64,000 bases of DNA from Candidatus Bathyarchaeota archaeon. Lineage in GTDB: Archaea > Thermoproteota > Bathyarchaeia > 40CM-2-53-6. The notes beneath the pieces are model-generated. The model was not told where the DNA came from and did not search any database. It worked only from the letters and a program-made list of their open reading frames with translations. Positions 20,364-30,455 of the stretch are shown one piece after another. A program made the translations under genes and the position numbers. The stretch spans positions 32,211-96,210 of the forward strand of contig CAVPLU010000014.1 in assembly GCA_963706285.1 (NCBI GenBank). The letters run 5' to 3'. The stretch's first letter is position 1. Each line of letters starts with the position of its first letter.

Positions 20364-20616
20364 ATGCTGCCATAGCCTGCCTTTGTGTTACTCACAAATC
20401 CTCACCGATCCAGTCTTCACCGTGCGATATCAGAAAAGCCCAGGGTGCTATCTCGTGGTAGGTGCTCGAAATCCGGGAGTCTGTCTGGAGTCACCGGATT
20501 GAAATCGAACTCAGGTTTCTGAATCGCTCAGGACTCACTGAGCAAATGCTGCAAACACTCGCTTCGCACATGCTGTGCTACTGACCCGGTTTCCTCAGTT
20601 TCCTGATTCGTGAGTG

Positions 20617-21253
20617 TTATTGCTTGATGGCTTTCGCTATTTGTTCAACAACGATCGCCGGGTCGGCGTTTGAGTCTTCATTTCTGATATCCTTGAGTAG
20701 ATTTTTCGATCGATAGAAGCTGATCACCGGTTCAGATGCTTCTTGATAGATCCTTAGGCGCTCACGGATTACCTCGGGCTGGTCGTCTACTCGTCTGAAC
20801 AATTCGCCTTTGTCCTTATCGCATTTTCCAGGCACTTTCGGTTTCATCGTCTTCTCATTGTAGATCGCTCCACATGTCCTGCATTGTAGTCTCGCAGATA
20901 GTCTGTCCACAATTACGCTGTCGGGAACGTCTAGATTCACCACAGCGTCAAGTTTCGTGATCTTGTCGAGCTCGTGGGCCTGTCCGACGGTTCTAGGATA
21001 CCCTTCGAGAATGAATCCTTGTCGACACCCCAGAGGCCAGGCGTTTCTTCAGCATCTCAGTGATAATCTCGTCTGGCACCAGCGTACCTGAGCTACTGTA
21101 CTTCTCAATCTTCTTACCCAAAGGTGTCTGATTTCGTATCTCTTCGCGGACAAGGTCGCCGGTCGAGATGTGAGGTATTCCGAGCTTGTTCATGAGTCTG
21201 GAAGCGTAGGTTCCCTTTCCGGAACCAGGTGGTCCAAATATGACAATCTTCAT
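20617..21253 (-). CDS. adk: Adenylate kinase (bacterial-type, Zn-lid), split by a 1-nt frameshift in a G4 run near 21030
   Basis: GPPGSGKGT, HISTGD; removing one G restores GFILEGYPRT and joins the C-terminal ORF with lid CRTC..CDKD and RVDD. Confidence 0.9.
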
Positions 21254-21273
21254 TCAATCAATCCTCTGCATCT

Positions 21274-22428
21274 TCACGTTGCGAGTATCTCCTTGAGACT
21301 TCGGCTTGCCCGCAATAAGTCCTCCTCTGTATTGTATACGTGAAAAGAGAAGCGCACTCCATTGAAGCGCTGTGAAACCACAACCTGCCGTTTCCCAAAC
21401 TCAGCAGCAATGGCAGACTGGTCTCGTCCCTCGAACCTGAATGAAGCGATACTCCCGTGAGCGTTTTCTTTCTCAGGCGTTAGCGTAGTCACATTAGCTC
21501 GGGCGTGGTCGTTTCTTATGATATCTATGAATTTCTCGGTGAGTGAGAGTGCGTGGTCGGTGACGTTCCTGTGACCCATCTTGGCGAGATATCGCATGGA
21601 TTCGGCTAGTCCAAAGGGTGAGGCATAGTCCATGGTGCTGTACTCGAACTTTCTCGCGTCGCTTGCATAGGTCAGCTCTGTTGCATTCAAGTTGTAAGGA
21701 TTCGGCGTACTACGCCAGCCCACCAAGGGTGGTTCAAGTCTCTCGACTAGCTCTCGATTGAGATAGAGTATTGCTGCGCCGAACGGCCCTAGCAGTCCCT
21801 TGTACCCACCCGCAACGAGCACATCGATTCCGTCTCTGTCCACATCGATGGGTATTAGACCGGCCGACTGCGTCGCATCGACCAATAGAAGAGCTCCATG
21901 AGAGTGTGCCAATTCAGATAACCAACGGAGATCAAACCTTTGTCCCGTGCCATATTCCACGTGACTGATGGAGACCACCGCCGTATGATTGTCGACAAGG
22001 TTCTCCAATTCGTCTTCATTCACTACGCCATCATGATTCTTTGCAAGGCGTACTTCGATGCCCTTCTCCTCACGAAGGCGCATCCAGGGATATACTACGC
22101 TTGGAAAGTCGGCGTCTGTACTCACAACATTTGATCCTCTCTTCAGGTCTACGGACCACGCGAACGAGCAGATGCCTATCGTGGCGCTGGACAGGATGGC
22201 GATTTGTTCCTTGCGCGTGCCAAGGAGTGAGGCAGCCTCGTTTCGTACGCCCTCGAGCGCCTGAGTCTCAGCCTCTTCATCGAAGCCGATAGTCCCTCCG
22301 GCCGCGATCTGCTGTTGGAACTTCACCATGCTGTCTACGGCTGGTGTTGGCATCAGAGAGATAGACGCCGAGTTCAAATACGTTACAGCGCGTGCAGTTG
22401 GAAAATCCTTGAGATCCACATGTAACAT
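21274..22428 (-). CDS. Class V PLP-dependent aminotransferase-fold enzyme
   Basis: YLNSAS, DFPS, SHVEYGTG, VDATQSAG, GYKGLLGP (PLP lysine), RFSFHVYNT; no obvious desulfurase catalytic Cys loop. Confidence 0.85.
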   Translation of the reverse strand: MLHVDLKDFPTARAVTYLNSASISLMPTPAVDSMVKFQQQIAAGGTIGFDEEAETQALEGVRNEAASLLGTRKEQIAILSSATIGICSFAWSVDLKRGSNVVSTDADFPSVVYPWMRLREEKGIEVRLAKNHDGVVNEDELENLVDNHTAVVSISHVEYGTGQRFDLRWLSELAHSHGALLLVDATQSAGLIPIDVDRDGIDVLVAGGYKGLLGPFGAAILYLNRELVERLEPPLVGWRSTPNPYNLNATELTYASDARKFEYSTMDYASPFGLAESMRYLAKMGHRNVTDHALSLTEKFIDIIRNDHARANVTTLTPEKENAHGSIASFRFEGRDQSAIAAEFGKRQVVVSQRFNGVRFSFHVYNTEEDLLRASRSLKEILAT

Positions 22429-22600
22429 GCAGGTTCCCGACCGAGATGTCGCCTGTCTACACTTTAGATTACCGCAATCATTCGAGCATGATTCCACGGG
22501 AATTCAAATCATCTTTAATCGCTGACCTCATCTCAATCTATTTACTCTCGCACGCCTGTGCGGAGACATCGACTGGGAAGAAGACTAGGAGACTCGACTG

Positions 22601-23350
22601 TTGGTTGACTTCGCGAAGTTCGTTGACCAAATCCCTCCAACGACATGCGTCTATTTGCAGGACTCGTACCTGCAATCACTGGACGTGAATGTTCTGAAAG
22701 TCGTTCAGGAAAAGAGCAGTGCATATCTGGCTTTGGATCGAACCATCTTCCATCCAAGATCGGGTGGGCAACCATCTGATTTCGGAACAATAGAAGGGTC
22801 ATCGTATCGCGTCAACGTGAAGAGAGCTATGAACCAGAGCGGGGTCATCATTCACTTTGGTAAGGTTGAGGGAAAGCCGGATTTAGGTCCAGCCACGTGC
22901 ATGATTGACTGGGCGAATCGATTCTTGATGATGCGGAGACACACTGCAGCCCACCTTCTAGACCATTGTCTCACAACAGTCACTAGCTCACATGTGGAGA
23001 CAACAGATTCCTGGCTCGGGGACGATCCCTACGTTGGATATGGAGGACCCCTTCCATCTGGTCTAGCTCTGAATGGACTTCAGGACCTCGCGAACGATCT
23101 AATCCGACAAGGGCTCAATGTCGGAATCGAGACAATGGATAGGGTTGACGCTGAGCGCTTGATTGCTGATGCACCTAACATTGCTAGGCTTCCGAAGAGC
23201 GAGAAGCTCCGAATTGTGACCATCAAGGGCCAGCTTTCGATCCCGTGCGGAGGAACGCATGTCTTGAACCTCAAAGAGATCGGATCGCTGGAAGTTCAGA
23301 GGATTGCGCCTGCTGAGACGGGGTTTAGGCTGCATTTTGAAGTCAGGTGA
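22601..23350 (+). CDS. alaX: Alanyl-tRNA editing protein AlaX
   Basis: TIFHP.SGGQPSD, HTAAH (HxxxH), CGGTH. Confidence 0.9.
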   Translation: MVDFAKFVDQIPPTTCVYLQDSYLQSLDVNVLKVVQEKSSAYLALDRTIFHPRSGGQPSDFGTIEGSSYRVNVKRAMNQSGVIIHFGKVEGKPDLGPATCMIDWANRFLMMRRHTAAHLLDHCLTTVTSSHVETTDSWLGDDPYVGYGGPLPSGLALNGLQDLANDLIRQGLNVGIETMDRVDAERLIADAPNIARLPKSEKLRIVTIKGQLSIPCGGTHVLNLKEIGSLEVQRIAPAETGFRLHFEVR

Positions 23351-23471
23351 GGGGCTCGTCCGAACGTTTCTCTGAACCGTTTGGTGGGCTGGCGAGTGCT
23401 ATCCTTAAATTATCTGTCTACTTGTACGGTGAATCTGAATCTGGAATCATTGCATCGTAGAGGAATCGTGC

Positions 23472-24137
23472 GTGTCTGACATCGAAGAGAATGAGGTAAT
23501 GCCGAAGGTCGAGAACCTTCTGTTGCCTCTGGAGGAGATGCTTGCCGCTGGCCTACACATTGGAACCCGCATCAAGACTGGAGACATGGAACAGTATATC
23601 TATCGTGTCCGGCCTGACGGGCTCTTCATATTGAACATCGGCAAGACCGATGAGAAGATCCGGGTGGCAGCAAAGTTCGTGGCAAAGTTTGAGGCTGATC
23701 GTGTCCTTGTGGTCTCATCTAGGATTTATGGGAAGACGCCGATCGAGAAGTTCTGCGAGCAAACAAGGGCGTTGTCAATGATCGGCAGATTCATGCCTGG
23801 CCTGATTTCGAATCCGCTCCAGCGAAGACACGCAGAACCTCAGCTTGTCTTGGTGACTGACCCACGGGCTGACTTTCAAGCGATCAAAGAGTCAACGAGT
23901 GCCGGTGTTCCTGTCATAGCACTTTGCGACACCGATAATGCCTTCACAGGCGTTGACCTCGCAATCCCCGTGAACAACAAAGGACGACGGGCCCTAGCAA
24001 TGGTTTACTGGCTCTTGACAAGGCAGGTGCTCCGCGAACGAGGAGAGCTTCCAGCCGACGGGACGATCACAGCAACCGTGGACGATTTCGAGACGAAACT
24101 CGCTGCGATCGCGCCAAGAGTTGGCGGCGAGCTTTGA
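23472..24137 (+). CDS. rps2: 30S ribosomal protein S2
   Basis: AAGLHIGT, GRFMPG, DPRAD.QAIKE, P.NNKGRRALA. Confidence 0.96.
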   Translation: MSDIEENEVMPKVENLLLPLEEMLAAGLHIGTRIKTGDMEQYIYRVRPDGLFILNIGKTDEKIRVAAKFVAKFEADRVLVVSSRIYGKTPIEKFCEQTRALSMIGRFMPGLISNPLQRRHAEPQLVLVTDPRADFQAIKESTSAGVPVIALCDTDNAFTGVDLAIPVNNKGRRALAMVYWLLTRQVLRERGELPADGTITATVDDFETKLAAIAPRVGGEL

Positions 24138-24982
24138 AACTGAGAAGGGCTCAAGTCGCCGGCTCATTCTACAAAGGAACGAAGGCAGCTCTAACCAGCG
24201 AGATCGAGGGATGCTTCACTCACCGTCTAGGTCCAGGACGGCTCCCAGCTCTGGCGCAGACTGGTGAGAGGAAACTTGTTGGACTCGTATGTCCCCATGC
24301 CGGCTTCATTTACTCGGGTCCGATAGCTGCAAGATCCTACTTCGAACTCGCTAACGATGGAAAACCGAACAAGATTGTCATCATCGGGCCAAATCATACA
24401 GGCCAAGGAAGCGGCGTGTCAATGATGTCAGAGGGCGTCTGGGAAACGCCTCTTGGGCAAGTCGAAGTTGACAAGGAAGCGGTCGACGCCATCTCGAAAG
24501 CTTCTGACATTATTGATCTTGATGACCAAGCCCACCTCCACGAGCATTCAGTAGAGGTTCAGCTTCCGTTCCTGCAATACGTTCTCAAGTCGAGCTTCAA
24601 ATTTGTACCAATTTGCATGATGATGCAAGATTTGGAGACGAGCTTAGAGGTTGGGAAAGCAATCGGACAAGCACTCAAGGGAGACGATCCCCTGATCATC
24701 GCTTCATCTGACATGACTCACTATGAATCGGCCGAGGCGGCGAAACAAAAAGATCAACTTGCAATAAACGCCATCCTTGCACTCGATGACACCAAGCTAC
24801 AGGAAACGGTTCAAGCTCACGGAATCAGCATGTGCGGCCACGGTCCAGTCGCAAGCATGATCGCAGCATCAAGGATCCTGAATGCAAAGACCGCCAAGCT
24901 TCTAGGTTACAGCACGAGCGGCGACATCACCGGGGACAACAGCGAAGTCGTCGGTTATCTCGCAGCCTCAATCCACAAATAA
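24134..24982 (+). CDS. MEMO1 family protein (AmmeMemoRadiSam protein B)
   Basis: VAGSFY, PHAG..YSG, GPNHTG, EHSVEVQLPFLQ, SSDMTHY, SMCG. Confidence 0.93.
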   Translation: MKLRRAQVAGSFYKGTKAALTSEIEGCFTHRLGPGRLPALAQTGERKLVGLVCPHAGFIYSGPIAARSYFELANDGKPNKIVIIGPNHTGQGSGVSMMSEGVWETPLGQVEVDKEAVDAISKASDIIDLDDQAHLHEHSVEVQLPFLQYVLKSSFKFVPICMMMQDLETSLEVGKAIGQALKGDDPLIIASSDMTHYESAEAAKQKDQLAINAILALDDTKLQETVQAHGISMCGHGPVASMIAASRILNAKTAKLLGYSTSGDITGDNSEVVGYLAASIHK

Positions 24983-25106
24983 GAGTCAACGCTCGACTTT
25001 TTGCTCTGCTCTAATGAACCGAATCGCACCCGTCTATGAGATAATTTGATTTCGGCGGTTGACTTTTCTATTCGCTCAATGGTACTAGGAAAGAGGTGCT
25101 GCGTTC

Positions 25107-26039
25107 TTGGGGACAGGTATAGGATTTGGCAAAGTCATACTGTTCAACGAGCATTTTGTCGTTTACGGTCTTCCCGCGATAGCATCAGCGATCGGAGCAA
25201 AAACGACAGCGCTTGTTGAACGGCGCTCAGGTTCAGGAGTTGAGATCAACGACGAGAGGCCTGAAACAAGAGGATACAAAGCGGAGAAGGCCAGTCAACA
25301 GAAAGAATCCTTGGATCTCATGCTGAATTTCATGAAGGTTGACACAAAGAATAACGCGTTCCGCGTGGCGCTAGCCGGTGATCTGCTTGCAGCAAGCGGA
25401 GTGGGTGCAAGCGCTGCATCATGTGCAGCGATCGCACGCGCATTCTCAGACGAGCTTGGCCTCAACTTCACGGACGACAGAGTGAACGAGGTCGCATACG
25501 AGGGGGAGAAAGGATACCACGGCACCCCATCAGGAATCGATAACACTGCTGCCACGTATGGTGGTCTGATCTGGTACAAGCGCGAAGGTTCCTTGCATCA
25601 AATGGAACGCATGAAGTTGAAGCGACCGGTAGAGATCGTGATGGGAAACACTGGCCTAGTTGCGGACACTAAGGCTGTTGTTGGAGCTGTGAAGGTCAGA
25701 AAGGAGAAGGATCCGGAAAAGTATGCCGGAATCTTCCAGGACGCTGACAAGCTGGTGAATAACGCAAGGAAGCAGCTTGAAGCATTCCATCTAGAGGAAG
25801 TGGGGTACTATATGGACGAGAACCATACGCTTCTTCAGCAAATTGGAGTTTCATGTCCCGAACTGGATCTGCTCGTGGACTTGGCCCGCAACAATGGAGC
25901 ATTAGGCGCCAAGCTGACTGGCACAGGCAAAGGCGGCTATATGGTCGCGCTCACTCCTGGCAAGGACCTTCAGGAAAACATTGCGAAAGCAATTGAGAAG
26001 AAGGGTTTTCAAGCACTCCGCACGACCATTGGAGTTTGA
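25107..26039 (+). CDS. mvk: Mevalonate kinase
   Basis: GKVILFNEHFVVYG, G.GASAA GHMP loop, HGTPSGIDN, GAKLTGTGKGG. Confidence 0.93.
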   Translation: MGTGIGFGKVILFNEHFVVYGLPAIASAIGAKTTALVERRSGSGVEINDERPETRGYKAEKASQQKESLDLMLNFMKVDTKNNAFRVALAGDLLAASGVGASAASCAAIARAFSDELGLNFTDDRVNEVAYEGEKGYHGTPSGIDNTAATYGGLIWYKREGSLHQMERMKLKRPVEIVMGNTGLVADTKAVVGAVKVRKEKDPEKYAGIFQDADKLVNNARKQLEAFHLEEVGYYMDENHTLLQQIGVSCPELDLLVDLARNNGALGAKLTGTGKGGYMVALTPGKDLQENIAKAIEKKGFQALRTTIGV

Positions 26040-26081
26040 GGACAACCCAACAGCAGGATTCATCGCTCTAGGTGAATAGGA

Positions 26082-27359
26082 ATGGAGTTAGCGAAGTTAG
26101 TCGAGGTGCTCGACTCAAAAGGTGCATTGACTAGAATCAGCAAACCCGTCGACCGGAAATATGAAGTATCTACCTTGATGAAGATGCTCGACGGGCGAGT
26201 CCTACTATTCGATCACGTGAAAGGCTCCAACATGCCAGTGATCGCGAACATCTGCTCAACACGAGACCTAGTTGCCACTGGGATAGGAATCCGCAGAGAG
26301 GAACTAATCGCAAAACTGACGGCCGCAATAGATCGCCCCAAGAAAGCACGTATCATAGACGCTCAAGGATACGAAGAAATGGAACTTGACCTTGGAAAAC
26401 TGCCAATCCTGACACACTATCCAAAGGACCCCGGACCTTACATCTCATCCGGCATAGTCGCCAGCAACGACAAGGAGCATGGAGTCAACCTTTCCTATCA
26501 TCGAGCTCAAGTTCTCGAAAAAGACAAGCTCGTTCTCCGAATCCTTCAGAGACACTTTGACACTTACATACAACGTGGATTGAAGGAATTTGCGATCTGC
26601 ATCTCTCCACCAGTCCAGGTCTTAGTAAGTGCAGCCATCTCCGTCGAAACAGGAATTAGCGAGATCGACATAGCTAACGCGTTAGAGGAAACACCGCTCC
26701 TAAGACTCGACGGTCACTTGGTGCCTTCATCTGATATTGTAATCACGGCAGAGTTTACCGGCGAACTGCATGATGAAGGCCCGTTTCTCGACCTGACTGA
26801 AACGTTTGACATAGTCAGGGAACAGAGGGTGGCTAAGGTGAAGAAGATATTCATGAGAAAGGACGCGATCTACCACGCGCTTCTCCCGGGTGGCCTTGAG
26901 CATAAGGTTCTGATGGGCATGCCACGAGAACCCACGATATATCGAGAGGTCGCTAAGGTCTGTGATGTCAAAGACGTGTTGGTTACACCTGGCGGATGCT
27001 CTTGGCTTCACGGAGCAGTCAGCATACGCAAGAAGAATCCAGATGACGGCCGAAAGGCTATCGATGCGGCTTTCAAGGGTCACAAATCCATGAAACATGT
27101 CTTCATCGTTGACGAGGACATAGACATCCATGACCCGAACGATATCGAATGGGCCATGGCAACCCGCTTCCAAGCGGACAAGAACATGATCCATTTTAGA
27201 GAGAAAGGATCATCCCTAGATCCCTCCTCGGACATGGACACTCAAATGACATGCAAGGCCGGATTTGATCTCACAATCCCTGAGCGCGGAAAGAAGGAGT
27301 TTAGACGACCCACCTTGCCCATGAAGCTGAATCTGAACGACTATGTACCTCACAAGTAG
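26082..27359 (+). CDS. UbiD-family decarboxylase, probable anhydromevalonate phosphate decarboxylase
   Basis: UbiD motifs (N.SYHR, EGPF.D, VDEDIDI.D...IEWAMATRFQAD, LDPS); sits between mvk and the AcnX genes. Confidence 0.85.
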   Translation: MELAKLVEVLDSKGALTRISKPVDRKYEVSTLMKMLDGRVLLFDHVKGSNMPVIANICSTRDLVATGIGIRREELIAKLTAAIDRPKKARIIDAQGYEEMELDLGKLPILTHYPKDPGPYISSGIVASNDKEHGVNLSYHRAQVLEKDKLVLRILQRHFDTYIQRGLKEFAICISPPVQVLVSAAISVETGISEIDIANALEETPLLRLDGHLVPSSDIVITAEFTGELHDEGPFLDLTETFDIVREQRVAKVKKIFMRKDAIYHALLPGGLEHKVLMGMPREPTIYREVAKVCDVKDVLVTPGGCSWLHGAVSIRKKNPDDGRKAIDAAFKGHKSMKHVFIVDEDIDIHDPNDIEWAMATRFQADKNMIHFREKGSSLDPSSDMDTQMTCKAGFDLTIPERGKKEFRRPTLPMKLNLNDYVPHK

Positions 27360-27378
27360 ACTGGAGCTGAAGTGACCA

Positions 27379-28566
27379 ATGTACCTGACGAATGCTGAGG
27401 AACGAACGCTCTCGGGCGAGGACGGGGAGGTCTTGGAGCGTATGTTCCGTTTGCTCGTCCGGCTGGGAGAGATCTACGGTGCGGACAGAATGATTCCAGT
27501 AAGCTCCGCTCAAGTGGCAGGCGTCTCCTACAAATCGATTGGTGATCCTGGAGTCGAGTTTCTCGAAGACTATGCAAACAAAGGTGCGACAGTAAAGATC
27601 GTCACCTTCCTGAATCCGGCAGGAATGGACATCGAAGACTGGCAGAAACTCAACATACCGCTGAGCTTCGCGGAGAAACAGCTACGTATCATGGACGCAT
27701 TCAGGAAGATGGGCATAGTTGTGAGCGCGACCTGCACGCCATACCTTGCAGGAAATCTGCCGAGATTCAAAGAACATATCGCATGGTCAGAATCGTCGGC
27801 GATCGCTTTCTCAAACTCAGTCATCGGAGCAAGAACGAATAGAGAGGGAGGACCTTCGGCCCTTGCAGCGGCGCTTTGTGGTGTCACGCCAAACTATGGA
27901 CTCCACTTGGATGAGAACAGGAAGCCGCAGTTCCTAGTCGAAGTAGATGCGGCGCTTGAAGATAGTGCAGATTTCGGAGCGCTTGGATACGTTGTTGGAA
28001 AACAAGTCAAGAACAGAATACCATTCTTCAAAGGCATCAAAGATGCTGACACAGACCAACTGAAAGCACTTGGCGCCGCGATGGCAGCGTCAGGTGCAGT
28101 CGCACTCTACCACATCGAGAATCTGACCCCTGAAGCTCACCTAATGGAAACGAAAGGTCTGGAGAAACTCTCGGTAAGCAACAAAGATGTGAACGAGACT
28201 TATTCGAAACTCTCAACAGGAAAGGAGCCCGACATAGTGATTCTAGGATGCCCTCACTCATCGCTCAAAGAGATAATGACGGTCTCACGTAAGCTAGAGG
28301 GCAAGAGACTGACGAAACCTCTGTGGATTTGCACATCGAGAATGGTCAAAGAGGCTGCTAACCGGATGGGGTTCACTCGAATAATCGAAACAGCCGGCGG
28401 CAAGGTTGTGGCTGACACATGCATGGTCGTTTCACCGATAGAGGACATGGGATACAAGACAACAGCAGTAAACTCTGGAAAAGCTGCAAACTATCTGCCT
28501 GGCTTCTGCAAGCAAAATGTAATCTTCGGAAGACTCGACAGCATACTCGAAAAGGTGACCGTCTAG
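27379..28566 (+). CDS. Aconitase X catalytic subunit, probable phosphomevalonate dehydratase large subunit
   Basis: GVSYK, TCTPY, WSESSA, NSV.GARTNREGG, GCPH, DTC.VVSP, NSGKAA.Y. Confidence 0.9.
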   Translation: MYLTNAEERTLSGEDGEVLERMFRLLVRLGEIYGADRMIPVSSAQVAGVSYKSIGDPGVEFLEDYANKGATVKIVTFLNPAGMDIEDWQKLNIPLSFAEKQLRIMDAFRKMGIVVSATCTPYLAGNLPRFKEHIAWSESSAIAFSNSVIGARTNREGGPSALAAALCGVTPNYGLHLDENRKPQFLVEVDAALEDSADFGALGYVVGKQVKNRIPFFKGIKDADTDQLKALGAAMAASGAVALYHIENLTPEAHLMETKGLEKLSVSNKDVNETYSKLSTGKEPDIVILGCPHSSLKEIMTVSRKLEGKRLTKPLWICTSRMVKEAANRMGFTRIIETAGGKVVADTCMVVSPIEDMGYKTTAVNSGKAANYLPGFCKQNVIFGRLDSILEKVTV

Positions 28567-28588
28567 AGCAACCAAAGGTGGCCGAGCG

Positions 28589-29002
28589 ATGGAAATATTG
28601 AAAGGAAGAACAATCAGCCCTGGAAAAGTGGAAGGAGAAAGCTTAGTCTCAAAGGAACCGATCGGATTCTACGGAGGCGTCGACGCAAAGACAGGCATCT
28701 TCACGGAGAAAGGGCATGAGCTCGAGGGCAAGTCGGTCAAAGGAAAGATCTTGGTATTTCCGTGCGGAAAAGGCTCGACAGTGGGATCATATATCATCTA
28801 CGGACTTGCAAAGAACAATCAGGCGCCTCTGGCAATAGTGAACAAGGAGACGGAAACGATCGTTGCAACAGGCGCCATACTAGCCGGCATCCCTTGCATT
28901 GATCAAATCCCCGTAGAGAAGATCTCGACCGGTGACCACCTTGTGGTTGACGCATCAGCTGCAACGGTTTCTATCATCAAGAAAACTCAGTCGCGTCAAT
29001 AA
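28589..29002 (+). CDS. DUF126 swivel domain, probable phosphomevalonate dehydratase small subunit
   Basis: FYGGVD..TG, GKILVFP.GKGSTVGSY. Confidence 0.9.
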   Translation: MEILKGRTISPGKVEGESLVSKEPIGFYGGVDAKTGIFTEKGHELEGKSVKGKILVFPCGKGSTVGSYIIYGLAKNNQAPLAIVNKETETIVATGAILAGIPCIDQIPVEKISTGDHLVVDASAATVSIIKKTQSRQ

Positions 29003-29053
29003 TGACTAGCAAAGAAGATAGAATGGATCTAGGCACATCAGGATTGGTGAATC

Positions 29054-30127
29054 TTGGCAAGCGAAACTACTGAGCGGAAAAGAAGCCACATTACGACATC
29101 GTTGCGCCGTGATGTCCAAGCGCACGTAGGCACGGGCTTCGATGATATATCGCTAGTTCACAATGCCTTGCCCGAGCTTGATTACGAAGAGATTGATGTC
29201 ACTTGTGAGTTGTTCGGTCGCAAGCTTGCTGCTCCTATCATCATTGAATCAATGACAGGCGGCACACCGATCGCCGCCAAAATCAATGCAACTCTCGGCA
29301 AGATAGCGGAAGAGTTGCAGATACCAATGGGCGTTGGCAGCCAGAGAGCAGCAATCGATGATCCGGCCCTCGCTTACACGTTTCAAGTGGCGAGAGAGAA
29401 CGCGCCGTCCGCGCTGATCTTGGCAAACTTGGGGTGCCCACAGATCATCAAGGATGACGGAATCGAACGCGCGAAAGCCGCGGTTGAGATGATCAAGGCA
29501 GACGCGCTGCTTATCCATTTGAATGCGCTTCAGGAATCGGTTCAACTGGAAGGTCAAACACGTTTCAAAGGTGCGCTCGGAAGAATTCGAGAACTTGCTT
29601 CCACATTGAGCGTTCCTGTCTTGGTGAAGGAGACTGGAGCAGGGATCTCGCGAGAGACTGGTCTGTCAGTCGAGCGAGCCGGCGTGAAGGGAGTCGATAT
29701 TGCCGGCCTAGGAGGAACAAGTTGGGCGGCCGTCGAGTACTACCGCGCAAGAGAGAAACGCAGAACACGACAAGCCCACCTGGGTTTCACTTTCTGGGAT
29801 TGGGGAATCACAACCGCTGCAAGCATCGTAGAAGTCGCGGTTTCAACGAAAGTGAAGATCATTGCCTCAGGCGGCGTGAGGAACGGCCTTCACATCGCAA
29901 AGGCAATCGCACTAGGCGCGAACTACGGAGGATTAGCGATGCCGCTTCTGAAATCAGTCTCAAAGAGCTCCAAAGACGCCAAAGAGGGGCTCCTGTCGGT
30001 CATAGACGAACTCAGAACCGCGATGTTCCTAACGGGTTCCAAAAACCTGGACCAATTGCACAAGTGCCCCATCGTGATAACTGGCAGAACACGTGAATGG
30101 CTAGTAGCGAGGAGACTACTATCTTAG
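29054..30127 (+). CDS. fni: Type 2 isopentenyl-diphosphate isomerase
   Basis: RK..HI, MTGG, GVGSQR, HLNALQE, VKETGAG, GGTSW, SGGVR. Confidence 0.95.
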   Translation: MASETTERKRSHITTSLRRDVQAHVGTGFDDISLVHNALPELDYEEIDVTCELFGRKLAAPIIIESMTGGTPIAAKINATLGKIAEELQIPMGVGSQRAAIDDPALAYTFQVARENAPSALILANLGCPQIIKDDGIERAKAAVEMIKADALLIHLNALQESVQLEGQTRFKGALGRIRELASTLSVPVLVKETGAGISRETGLSVERAGVKGVDIAGLGGTSWAAVEYYRAREKRRTRQAHLGFTFWDWGITTAASIVEVAVSTKVKIIASGGVRNGLHIAKAIALGANYGGLAMPLLKSVSKSSKDAKEGLLSVIDELRTAMFLTGSKNLDQLHKCPIVITGRTREWLVARRLLS

Positions 30128-30184
30128 GGCGCATCGACGCCCACCGGCGATCGGAAGAGTTCGTTTAGAGGCAAGCTGTCTGTC

Positions 30185-30352
30185 TTAGGCTTCTTTTGGC
30201 AGTTCAACAGGTCTCTGATTCAGCGTTCGATACTCGCATTTCTCGCAATGCAGCTCATCAATTCTAGCGTTGAAGAGGGCACACCACTCCCATGCATCCT
30301 TTCCGATGCGCAGCGTTGTCCGCTGGATGCATGGATAGGTCTTCGCGGCCAT
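30185..30352 (-). CDS. Small Cys/His protein (55 aa), below ORF-track cutoff
   Basis: Manual translation MAAKTYPCIQRTTLRIGKDAWEWCALFNARIDELHCEKCEYRTLNQRPVELPKEA; fills the fni-hmgR gap, GGAAG upstream and TATA-like TATATCAA near 30400. Confidence 0.55.
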   Translation of the reverse strand: MAAKTYPCIQRTTLRIGKDAWEWCALFNARIDELHCEKCEYRTLNQRPVELPKEA

Positions 30353-30455
30353 GGTCTTCCGGGTACGTCGATTCTTCGGGATAAACCTAAGCCTCTGGGT
30401 TGATATAGGCTCAGCAACCTTAGCTCGTTTTCACGTCCCTGGAGGGAGGGTCTTC

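Noticed and set aside
21028-21031. Programmed frameshift in adk
   Set aside because: Only a G4 run with no slippery heptamer or stimulatory structure seen; sequencing error is simpler
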